Origin: Lobosporangium transversale
Taxonomy: Eukaryota
Assembly: GCF_002105155.1 (NCBI RefSeq)
Contig: NW_019029012.1
Span: 186,001 to 250,000 of the forward strand
Length of the DNA: 64,000 bases
Reading direction: 5' to 3'
Made by a program: the position numbers and the translations under genes. Below, piece by piece: positions 53,793-64,000 of the stretch (position 1 is its first letter; every line of letters starts with the position of its first letter). The notes under the pieces are model-generated. The model did no database searches. It worked only from the letters and a program-made list of their open reading frames with translations, and had not been told where the DNA came from.

Positions 53793-55254
53793 TGTAAATG
53801 TAGGATGAATAAGAAGAGTGAATGGGATGAAATGAATAAAGTTGATGAAGTAAAAGAAAGAATGAAAGGAGTAAAAAAAAGACAATGAAGACAATGACTT
53901 TAAGAAAGAGTCCGTGGGAGAGAAAGAGAGAGAGAAAAGTTCCGTACCGTTATTTTGAGCTTGGACCGAGTAAATGCTCGATCATATTTTTTCTTGTCTC
54001 CAATCGACGGCCTTGCCGCAAACTTGTTTGATCTTCAGACCGTTTAAATCCCGTGTAAAATTTCAATATTCCATTTCCAAATATGACACTGAATCATGTT
54101 ATTCAATTGAGCAGAATGATTGAGTTGTATTAAGTCCTACGTCTCAATTTCAGATTGTTTAATCAAAGCTTCTTACACCGGAACAAGAAGCGAGCCGACT
54201 GAGTAAAAATGGGTCTTAATGAAGAAGGGTCCTGCAAGGCTACCCTTGCACCTCACAGGAGCATGCTCTCCACTATTAAGCATATCTCTAATTGATTATC
54301 AACTCGCGAGCACTCGAGGAACCGACCATTGTTGAGGGACATTGACAAGAAAAGGTACATGTACGTGAAGCCACTGCAATTTTAGCGCTCAACTATTTTT
54401 AATACATTCCATTCCCGCATGTCCTGAAAGAGCATGTTGCCACCGACTTCAAAGCATTGGTAACTTTAACAGGTGAAGGAGATGCCTCACAAGGATCAAC
54501 ACGCACAAAGTGAGATCGAAGAGTGAGAAAAAAAAGTCAATGGTCAGGAGAATAAGAGGACGAGGTCAGAGATGGTTCTGGGTATTCTAGGGTTTTTTAT
54601 TTGCTTGTTCCCATATTAAAGCTGTTCTACGCACGCGTCCACTGACAGGTTGACCGCAACAGCATACACATGTTTGACCCGTTGGTGATCAGCATGCCAA
54701 TGGACCAACGCAGTGAATGCGCATATCCGTAGCTGTGCGATACCACACAGAACGTGTAGTTGTGACTCTAATCACGTTAATTATTACTACCATGCTACAA
54801 TGTTTTAAGCGAGTCATCAATAAGGGGGTCCATTATTATCCGCGATCCAAGATCGCTATCAAGCTCGTCCAAGTAACTATTCAGACTCATCTGTCGCCTT
54901 GCAAGCTTTCTCTCTTTGTCCTTGTACAACCGGTCATGAAGCAATATTTCATAGATAGCCCTAAAAATCCAAAACAGTAGTTCCACAATTCGCTGATTAT
55001 CATACAAAGCCGACGTGGTTTAACAGACTTTTACAAGAACTCTTTAACATCCCAAATATTTCAATCAAAAAAACCCTTCGCCTGGCATTGTGAATAAAAT
55101 AAAGCTTTGGGGAAACGATGCATCAACAGAGAGCAATTTGTTCGTTAATGGATGTACATTGTAAAACAAAGGAATGTAAAAGGATCAGATCCACACAAAT
55201 CCAAATAATGAGGACGCGTAAACATTCTTTTTTCATCCACAACCCATTGCCCCA

Positions 55255-55285
<31 letters not shown>

Positions 55286-55879
55286 CTTCCTCAGTTTCAC
55301 GTTTGTTTCTTTGAATCATTCATGTAAGACATGCAAACACGCCTGCAACTCATCAGAAAATATATTCACCACTAACAAACAATCCTTCAAGGCTCTTCCT
55401 CTTTCAGGAACATGGCCTTTATGGTCTGTGCAGTTCTATTGAACATTATAGACTTTGGAGCTCTATTCTGAAATGTTTGATGGCGAAATCAAGAGATCAA
55501 GAACTGCTTTTATTATTGTTCCCAGGCGGGGGCCTTTTATTAAAGATCCGTCATGATCAGATGCTCTGACCTTATTAATTAAATGGACGTGCTAAGCTTC
55601 AGTACGTAAAACCTAGTGACTGACAATGATATCTCTCATCATCCCGTCTTTTTCGTTCTACAAGTTATTAACGAGGCAAATAACGATCTCGAATTAACAT
55701 AAAAAGATCAACAAACCGCTTACGCATGTATTTCTTTCTATAAAAGTGGCCTGGAATAGACTAACGCCAAACTGCTTAAAAATACCTGCCATGGCGCCTT
55801 ACCTGTTTATAAATGCTATGCTGAATACCTACTGTCTAATGCTGGACGGATATGGAATGAATCCCCAAGTGTGCGAGTC

Positions 55880-56019
55880 GCTGGGCAAGTCGAATAACAT
55901 GACGACTTAAGCTTATTATCCGAGAGCCAGGACCATATATCTCCTCTTTTCTCTCTTTCTTCTTTTTCTTTCTTCACGTCCTGGCTCAAGAAGATGCAGC
56001 TCCACTTGGTAGCGGAGCA
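55880..56019 (+). repeat. Diverged third copy of the outer end of the large inverted-repeat arms
   Basis: gctgggcaagtcgaataacatgacgacttaagcttattatccgagagccaggaccatatat...cttcacgtcctggctcaagaagatgcagctccacttggtagcggagc aligns with 42326-42468 and with the reverse complement of 23790-23944. Confidence 0.85.
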
Positions 56020-57007
56020 GATTTTATTCACTTTGCTTTGTTTCACTTCTTTGGCAATAAAAGATTTCACACGTATATGGTCCTGGCTCGATGGATAATA
56101 GCCGATAATTGGCAAACAGAGTAAGAGCCAATTAAGTCTAACCAATGCATGTTTAATTATTTAACTTATTACTCGCTATTAACGACGACAATAGCTCTTC
56201 ACCTAGCATCACCTCAGCGAATGGAGGGAGGTATTCTTAGGCCTCCTCGGTATATGCTCGATATCCACAATCCCGATATGAACTGTCTCTCAAAGAAAGG
56301 TATAATATCTTACTTAATCATGTCAACATACCAAGCAATTTTATGTTAAGGTCAACTTATCTATATGCCTAGTTCATCCCTTTTAGTCTTATCATCATTG
56401 AAAGCAATATCGTCCAAATCTTTTCATTATTGACTCCTTTTAGCAAAAGTAGTCCTGATTGACCCGACCTTTGTATGCACGTGTTCAACCTCAAAAAGAA
56501 TACTCTGGGGGTGATCTTTTCAAGAGAGCTTCTAGGAAAGGTTGATTGCCTACAATTGGGTCGTCGAGTCCCAGAAGCGTGATTTGTCGCATCACCATCT
56601 CCTCATAATCCTTGATGACAGGGACAAAGCCTCGAACAGCAGACGATATTGACTCTATTGTGTCTGCAGAGATCCCTGATCGACACGGTGTCCTGCTAGC
56701 ATACGATACTGTGACATCCCAACATGACACATGGACCATGTAGGGTTCATAATTCTCGGATACCATACATAGTCGAAAGGAGATACAGTAAAAATTACCC
56801 ACGCCCAATCCTGGAAAACACCGCACGGAGTGAAGACGGCTACTCCAACTGTCATCGACGTAACAATCCTGAATGTCCCTTCGTAAACTCAAGAGGCAAC
56901 ACTGTCAATAACACCTGGGACGAGGATACCAATTGTTACGTACCGAGGCTTGGGAGTGCACCTCAGGAGCACCTCCGTTTTTATACATAAGGTCAGAAAA
57001 TTATGGT

Positions 57008-57218
57008 CTACTGAATGGTCTACGAAGGACGACCTATTCACATTGTCATGGGTACCATGGACGTATGTCCCACTCACACTACCCTTTTGACTCAAGAAGT
57101 AGATGCAGATCAGATTTGCAGGGCAGAGGGATCTTTTATTTAGTTACTCTCTTTATTTCTCGTCGGATTTTCAATGAAGAAAGGTGACACACATACGCCC
57201 ATGGCACCGTAGACAATG
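57008..57218 (+). repeat. Dispersed repeat or gene-fragment copy B (homologous to 33094-33250)
   Basis: Encodes MVYEGRPIHIVMGTMDVCPTHTTLLTQE; shares the downstream ATGG(C/T)ACCGTAGACAATG. Confidence 0.85.
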
Positions 57219-57478
57219 TGACGGTCATGGCGGGTCCTTAATAAAAAGCTCCCGCCTGGCAACAATAATAAAAACAACTTTTGATTTCCTTGACTTGCAC
57301 CGACGTAGAAAACATCTCACCAACGATCCAAGAAACAATCCTATAATATTCCTGACCGTTGTGGTTCTGTTAATGGTGCCAATGAAAATGATGAAGAATT
57401 GCAAAGCCAGTTAAACAGTGGAGAAGAGAACATTATCAGATGATTTGCATGACGACTTGATATTTTTGAAGAATTAAT

Positions 57479-57589
57479 CACTCTCCTGAGACCTCGGAGG
57501 GTCCAAGTATTTTTGAGACAGAAACTTTCGCTGCCTGCTTCACTACTTACAAATTTTTTGTGGGTGTGCTGGCACCCAAATACTTGTGT
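57479..57589 (-). ncRNA. Candidate Fanzor omegaRNA scaffold / structured element 3' end
   Basis: Immediately after the Fanzor-like stop codon: 9-bp stem 57578-57586/57504-57512, inner GGGTG/CACCC hairpin (57562-57577), GAAA-capped hairpin (~57518-57538) and terminal CTCC-GAG..CTC-GGAG hairpin (57483-57499). Function is inferred only. Confidence 0.4.
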
Positions 57590-60370
57590 CTAGCGTCGTG
57601 CGCGCTTTGCAGCCGGAGCAGGCGACTCTTCCGTGGGCTTGTACTTTGCAGGCCTCTCTTGCCTCCCAATTTGAGCAAGGCCGATTCTTGCGATGTTTTC
57701 CGCCCCTACTGAAGAATACCTTACATGTCCGGCAATGTTTAGAGTGAGGGTACACCGTCTCTAAAAAGCTATCGCAGAGGGGTCGGGGACAGCGGGCGCT
57801 GGTGTAAAATTCATGCGCCCCTACAGCGAAGTGTCCTCGTGCTTTGACCTAAGCGTTTCAAATGACAGTCGTTCATTAGCAAGGGTTCTATGGCTTTCCA
57901 GCTTTTCTTACTTTTTTTAAAAAAAGCCATACCTTTGTGACAAGGTGCCTCGTTATAGCAGTGTGCTTGCTGGGAACTCCTTTACTACTTTCAAAGGACC
58001 CTAGGCCGACGACAAGCACTCCTTTTTCCCCGAGCATCTTCAACGCTCACTGTACCGCGTAGTCGAACGTAGCTCGTTGGCCTTTCGTAGGTCCCATTTT
58101 TTTTTCAGGTGCCATCTGGACTCGTAGAACTCTTGAAGCACATCCAAATTCTTTGATCCTATCTGTGTCTGGGACTCCTCGTTCATCCATTGAAAGTACT
58201 CATTGTACGTATCCCTTCCAAACACAGGGATGATACACATACCCGGGTGACCAGGGGGACGTAGGAAAGTCTGAGTATTTTTTCACTTTTTTGTTCTCCC
58301 GCAAAAAAAGCTCAATGTCGCTCATATCTTCGTTTGTTTTCTCGACATCAAACTAGAAAAAAAAAAAAAAAAAAAAAAAAAAGAGTCTGAATAAAGAGCA
58401 TTTGATTGCAGAATATGCATGAAAATACCTTACACAAGCTATACCATTGCGTTCCTGTAGTGCTGACTTAATGATGTCTGTACTTGGCCCATTAGTAGCT
58501 CTGACGCTCTTGGAAATGAGATCTTTTTGGGATCAAAGCCTTGCACGTCCCCCAATGTGATGTCTATTTCCTTTATTGGGGAAAGTTCAGCGGTGGCCTT
58601 GAAATGTTCATAAGCGAGGAGATAATGGGGCGTTTCTACCGCCTTTCCTTGTTTCTTTGCCCTCGCGTAAGCTGAATTGGGGCCACCTTGACCACTCAAA
58701 AGAAGGGTGGCGAGACGGAAGGAATAATCATTGCTATCCAAGACCTCGTCCAGTGCCTTTTTCCTCGACTTTGCTGCCCCTGGTAACCGCATGATCCTCT
58801 CAATGTCCAAGGCAATCGCCCAGTATGCACGTCGGCGTAGTCGGTTGAGGACAACAACTGCCCCTCGGATCTGGCTTGCAATACTATCCCTTTCATCTGC
58901 GTCCAGTCCGCCTTTCCTTGCCATGGAGGCCTTAAGGGACCCAATTGTTAAGGGCTTGATAGGGTGCTTACTGCTGTAGCTGTGATCAACCTTCGTAGCA
59001 TCCTTCAAGTTCTTAATTGGTGCACCTTCTTTTTTAGCCCTGTGGGGCTTCTTGCCTTTGTGCTTCCGCTTTTGTTTTTTCTGTTGCTTCTTTTTTACCT
59101 TTTTCCGACGTGGTGGATGCCGGCCTATCGTGCTGACGGCAGTTACTGATATCAACTGTGCGCCCATCCAATATGCTCGCCTTGTCAGAAAAGATGGGCC
59201 GGAACTGGTTCCTATGTGACCCTTCCGCTATATATAATGATGGTGCGCCTTTACATTATCCAAGAAAGGGACTAACGATTAGTATTGGGGACGTATGGTT
59301 TCAAGGCCAAAACTATAGATTGAGCCTTCTTACGTTCTGCGGCGCTGCGCTCGCCTTTGCTGAGCCATTCTATGGCGAAGATCCTTTCCATTGAGTAGAC
59401 GCTGCTTGAAGTTATCGAACTCACTGTTCAATGGTAATGCTTGGGCCGACGTTTGATGGCCGGAAGTAAAAACACGGAGAGCTACTCTGAAACGGCCTTC
59501 TTCAGAGGCTGCGTTCCTTCCCAACACCTTACTAGCTTCCCTTAGGTAGTCCCGAAGCACTTTATTGTAGTTCTCGTTCCACGCAACGTTTCGAATTAAT
59601 CGAAGATTATTAACCGGGCCTAACGTCTCGAGGTTCCTTGAGTAGTCATTGCCTGCGATGGCACAGAATAACACCAGATGTGCGTGTGATGACAGTCTTA
59701 GTGCTTGGATAACGTTGTCTACGTCGTAAACCCCAAACTTCCGTCTACGGTGCGGAAGGGGTCGCACTAGGAAGCAGACTCGTTCGTACGCAAAAAAATC
59801 AGAGTCTTGGGATATCACGATCCTATCATTCTCCTCATTATGGCGCCCTATGCATGGGTCCGCTTCATATGCACACAGACAGACATCGAAGACAGAACTA
59901 AGGCCTGTTGCCAGCTGATCGTTGTCCTGGACGCTCAGGGTGTGGACTTCTCGAAGACCCCTCTGGATGCGCCTCATGACTTGAGGACGAGTCCATACCC
60001 CACTCCAAGAATTTCTCTCGAAGGTGCTCATATCGTTCTCCGAAGCATCCATATATTTTTCTCTTATGGCTTGCTGTTCTGTCCTTGCTTTTTCTTTCTC
60101 AGTACAAGGTTCTCCACCAATATGTATAGTCAGGTTGTCCGTTATGAAAAGATCCTTTATCACGAGAGCCAGGGACCTTCCTACATCGATGATGGATTCG
60201 TTTTTCATCTTTGCATGGACGACTCTGTGGAGGATGTCGTAATAGAACGTACCGAGGAGATCTACATGAACAGAATGGTCAGGATTTGCCGCCAAGAAAG
60301 TGCCCACGTCAGTTTCCGAAGGTAAAACCCCGCGATCCGCAACCAGTTTGAAGAAGGACTTCAGCCCCAT
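57590..60370 (-). pseudogene. Decayed XPG/FEN1-like PIN nuclease fused to a Fanzor/TnpB-like RuvC-zinc-finger C-terminus (spliced gene)
   Basis: N-terminus MGLKSFFK, HVDLLGTFY, YEADPCI, ISQDSDFFAY, AIAGNDY (PIN + H3TH); K-rich linker and helical region (58439-59167); C-terminus FYESRWHLKKKWDLRKA..FDYAV..LKMLG..VLVVGLGSF..GVPSKH..|VKARGHFAVGAHEFYTSARCPRPLC..KHCRTCKVFF/VGAENIARI..RPAKYKP. GT-AG intron 57849-57932; several frameshifts and stops. Confidence 0.75.
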
Positions 60371-61138
60371 GGTCAATATCTAAGCGAAAGAGAAAGAAAA
60401 AAGGAAAAATGGTGGTGATGAAAAGAAATGAAAAAGAAAAAAAAAAGAGCGACAAAGGTATAAAAGGATGAGCTTTTTTATGGTTTAAAGATCCAAAGTG
60501 GCCCTTGCTTTGTGCTTTGTGAGGAATTTAATGAATAAAAGAAGATTTATAATTTTGAACAGGGGTAATAAATGCATTGACAGATATGACTCGGTGATTA
60601 TATCCTTGTCAAAGGTAACAACTAAAGAAAAAAAAGTCTTTTTATCAGAGAATGGCTTCATATGATGCTCTTTGTTCCAACAGCCCCAGTACTATTGCGT
60701 TAAAGCAGAGATATTCATTGACTCTCAGATTCCGGCATCACTGGCGGAGATAGGGGTGATGTAGTTGCATGCGCTTATTGCTTGGAGTAAAAGCTATCTA
60801 AGCACCCTTTCTTACTGGACGATGCCTTGTTAATGGTGATATTGCGCAGCGCCTTGTGGATGGAGGGAGAGCAGAAGCGAGAGTGGTGGTTTTTGGTGGT
60901 CGTTTGGTGTGTGTATGTGTGAATTTGATAGATGATACCAATCACCAAAATATATGCATCTAGAAATACAGAAGCGAGATTGATACCGACGCGTTTGATC
61001 CTTTCCTAGGGATTGTTATAACCATGGGATGATTGTGGAGTGGCCACCAAAATAAAGTTTGTTTGGAGGCACCAATGGAAAACGCTTGTGTTTTGAACAA
61101 AAAAAGACGCCGCGATGTAAAATGTGTTTATACATGTA

Positions 61139-62474
61139 CAGTCACCTGAAATAAAGTTTGGACAAAATGGATTTTCTTGATTTTTTTTTGAACAACCTGG
61201 ACAAACAGCTCATATGCAACATACATAAAGACTTCATCAATACACATGAAATTTTACATGCTCACTAAAGAGGTCAATACTGTTATTTATTGGGGTTTTG
61301 AAGACGGCATTGTTAGAGTAGCAAAAGTGCCATGTAGGTTCAATAGTGAGTGTTCCTACCATCGACCCCATTCACTTCTTCCAGCCTTTCGGGCATGGTA
61401 GCGACAAGGCTGGCCAGCCTCTCTTGCGGTAAATTATTCCACTCTTCGATAAGAGCCCGTGTGAGAGTGGGAAGATCTCTTGGCCCTTTAGCGCGCCTAT
61501 CGAGTGCATCCGCAAGAAGTGACCATACATGTTCAATAGGGTTCAAATCTGGGGAGCATGAAGGCCAGTCTGGAATCCTCGGGATGCTGTTTTTTTCGCG
61601 CCATTCTTTTGCAATCTTACAAGTATGAACTGGAGCATTATCCTCCATAAGTATGCCATCCCCTACCTCAGCCATAAATCTGGCTAGCTCGCCTTGATAT
61701 ACATCTTCCACGAAACACCGTTCATCTTTACGACCTCTTTCAAATACAACCAACCGAGACTTTCTGGTTGCTGTGAACGCCCCCCAGACCATCAGAGTTG
61801 TTCTACCACTTTTGAAAGTGGGTGCGAGGCAATCATGATCGTACTTTTCCTCTACTTTACGCCAAACTCTTATTTGACGAAAATGCTCACCAACTTCAAA
61901 TGATGATTCGTCAGTCCAAACTACCCGATTCCAGTCTTCCATGGACCAACTCATATATTTTTTGACAAACTGCAGCCTCCTTTTTATATGTCCTTCTTTT
62001 AAGAATGGTTTTTTTACTGCAATCCGGCTGAAAATACCCAGTGAATGCAATGCCTTCGCAACTGTCCTCTCGCAAACTTTGTTCGGCAATTGGTTAGTGA
62101 TATCATTAAGAGTACACCTTCTATTCTGCTTAGTATGGCGAACGATGCTCCTGAGGTCCCGTTCACTTAGTACTTTGGGCCGTCCTGGGATCGGAGTGCA
62201 AGCAGTGGTGCCTCTTTCTTGGTACACCCTGATAATATTAATAACAGAGGTTCGGGGTACACCGCGTTGCAATGCGATTTCCGCAGCCTTCATGCCCGCG
62301 AGGTGCATTCCAACGATGATACCTTTATTCTCAATGTCTAAGTGTCTCGCCATGGTGGTTTACTCAAGCTGTTTGTATATGAAAAACAGGAAGGAAAGAG
62401 ATTGAAGGAAACGCTTCCCTACGTAACTATTTCAATATTTTATTTTTTTGTCCAATCTTTGTTTCAGGTGACTG
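61139..62474 (-). mobile_element. Tc1/mariner DNA transposon, full length (1336 bp)
   Basis: 29-bp TIRs CAGTCACCTGAAATAAAGTTTGGACAAAA vs CAGTCACCTGAAACAAAGATTGGACAAAA (2 mismatches), TA on both sides (61137-61138, 62475-62476), single transposase ORF. Confidence 0.95.
61340..62353 (-). CDS. Tc1-family transposase, 337 aa, DD35E
   Basis: HTH-GRPKVLS-HTH; KKPFL; VVWTDES; LMVWGAF; LMEDNAPVH; WPSCSPDLNPIEHVW; uninterrupted ORF. Confidence 0.95.
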   Translation of the reverse strand: MARHLDIENKGIIVGMHLAGMKAAEIALQRGVPRTSVINIIRVYQERGTTACTPIPGRPKVLSERDLRSIVRHTKQNRRCTLNDITNQLPNKVCERTVAKALHSLGIFSRIAVKKPFLKEGHIKRRLQFVKKYMSWSMEDWNRVVWTDESSFEVGEHFRQIRVWRKVEEKYDHDCLAPTFKSGRTTLMVWGAFTATRKSRLVVFERGRKDERCFVEDVYQGELARFMAEVGDGILMEDNAPVHTCKIAKEWREKNSIPRIPDWPSCSPDLNPIEHVWSLLADALDRRAKGPRDLPTLTRALIEEWNNLPQERLASLVATMPERLEEVNGVDGRNTHY

Positions 62475-62476
62475 TA

Positions 62477-62595
62477 CAGTAGGCTCGTTCCCATCCCTCT
62501 TCACTTTATAAAGGTGACAGGAAATTCCATTTCCTTTTTGAGTCACCTAAAGTGAAGGGGCTGGGAACGAGCCTAGGATGGGAACGAGCCTACAG
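62477..62595. mobile_element. ~120-bp foldback / miniature inverted-repeat element abutting the Tc1 TIR
   Basis: GTAGGCTCGTTCCCATCC (62479-62496) pairs with GGATGGGAACGAGCCTAC (62576-62593); inner arms CTTCACTTT/AAAGTGAAG, AGGTGAC/GTCACCT and AGGAAAT/ATTTCCT; starts TA|CAGT. Confidence 0.7.
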
Positions 62596-63482
62596 AAATC
62601 AAAGAGATGCTTCAGCTGCTTATTCGTGCACACAGTGATTGACGAACAAAAAAGGAAACAGGATTTGCGAAACAATAAAAAAAAAGTCCACAGCAACTGT
62701 TTGCTCACATACATTTTTTTCACCGTTGTGTCTGTATCTCTTCTAAGCTTTCTGTCTGGCCGTTTAACACAAGGAACCCTCAGAAAGAGAAATACCTCGC
62801 ATGATTGGTGCCAGGTCTGAAAACAACAATAATACAATGCTGTACGTGGAAGATAGGGTCTAGAAACTATACCATTGATCACAACTGCTACTCATGCTCT
62901 CTTGCCAAGGACTTTAACAGGCATACCAACCCCTTCTTCCTTGCTCTCATAACCGCTTACATCCTTTCGATGCATTCTTTCGCCGTTTATGTCCACTACA
63001 TCTGAACCACACACAATTCACCACTCACTCCAACAGAGATATTTGTATCACCTTGGGTATGATATGTTGCTGTGGTTCCCTCTGGTTTCACTAGGCCCAA
63101 CAAACTCTATAAGCTGTTTACCAAGCCAGATATATCAAGGGAATGCAAGAAGACGAGGAAGCGAACGATGTGACAAATCAAGTCTTGCCGAGCTGTACAA
63201 GAAAAGATCAAGTTAGTCAAGCTCCATGGTGCGGAAGAATGAAACCACTCAGATTGCCCTCCTTTCAAGTCGATACTACGGCAGCGAATATTATCGCTGT
63301 TATATTAGATCAGTCAATAAATAAACGATACAATGGACTCCCAAGGGGATGCTAGTGTCATGCGAAAGTTTTCATAAGTTTTTTATTTGCACAAATAAAG
63401 AAGCCAGGATAGCTCCATGACAATTTAGTTTTCGGTCATTTATTTCGACATCGAAATAAAATTTCAAGACAATGCCCATGGA

Positions 63483-63791
63483 TTGCTGGATTTTAAGCCC
63501 ATTTATAATGGCAAATTTGCCCTTGTGACGGACGAAGGGATAAGCGTTTTCGCTCAAAAGAATGGTCCTGTACATATATATGTTGACAACCAAACTCTCT
63601 ACCATTGTCTCTTAAAAGGTTCCTCATCAAACAGCTATGTTAATAAGACCTTAATTAAGATATGGCGCCTACTTGAGCGATTGCAACGTCGTGTTGTTCG
63701 AACTTGGATTCCCTATGAGGATAACCCTGTGGATTATTTTTCGAGGGTGCAGTACTGTGGGTTTCATCCCAAGGAGGTAAACATCGGGTAG
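63483..63791 (+). pseudogene. RNase H fragment of a DIRS/Ngaro-type (tyrosine recombinase) retroelement
   Basis: VHIYVDNQTLYHCLLKGSSSNSYVNKTLIKIWRLL...VVRTWIPYEDNPVDYFSR matches the DIRS RNase H pattern DN...KGxS...W(I/V)P..xN.xD.(L/F)SR; upstream RT not intact. Confidence 0.7.
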
Positions 63792-64000
63792 TATACTTTC
63801 AAATCAAGAGCAGTGGCAATGAGAAATACATCATGCCTATCGGGCCGGCTGTCATCTTATATCATCAATTCTCAGTACTTAGTACTGTAGTTAGCAACAC
63901 TTATTAAAGATCTCTCTATTTTGCGTTGCTACGCTTCATCATTAAGGTTAATCCAATTCACGTCCTAATTATCATTTATTCGAAATCATTTACGTAATGT

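Noticed and set aside
54795..55007. Short protein-like minus-strand ORF
   Set aside because: No recognisable motif, start context or exon partners.
56491..56892. 133-aa minus-strand ORF containing YVDD
   Set aside because: No surrounding RT motifs; the family could not be assigned.
57479..62474. One Tc1 element carrying the Fanzor-like gene as cargo
   Set aside because: The Tc1 TIRs with TA flanks close at 61139 and 62474, and no matching TIR was found near 57479. The 7-bp GAGAGTG at ~60879 is too short to call a terminus.

Overview
Eukaryotic, intron-rich, AT-rich fungal DNA with long poly(A)/poly(T) tracts. Gene content and style suggest an early-diverging fungus, probably Mortierellaceae-like (inference). 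About 0.9-22.4 kb is a compact housekeeping block: SLS1-like, END3-like EH protein, J-domain protein, TMEM230, EAF6, a CENP-B/pogo-derived gene, two small paralog-like ORFs, APH-1, CBP4, FIS1 and MED7. About 23-45.5 kb has no recognisable host gene and is dominated by a near-perfect inverted duplication: ~7.7-kb arms (23807-31509 and 34782-42463) around a 3.3-kb spacer carrying LINE remnants, next to a MITE-like element. About 45.6-53.8 kb holds an AKR7-like reductase, a CAP/PR-1 protein, MetAP2 and an acyl-CoA dehydrogenase. About 55-64 kb is a mobile-element patch. Its most interesting member is a decayed, spliced gene (57590-60370, minus) with an N-terminal XPG/FEN1-type PIN nuclease and a C-terminal Fanzor/TnpB-like RuvC-Zn finger, followed directly by a multi-hairpin segment that could be an omegaRNA scaffold. 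An intact-looking Tc1 element (DD35E), a ~120-bp foldback and a DIRS-type RNase H remnant follow. Exon boundaries were read by eye and are approximate; family calls rest on motif recognition, not database searches.
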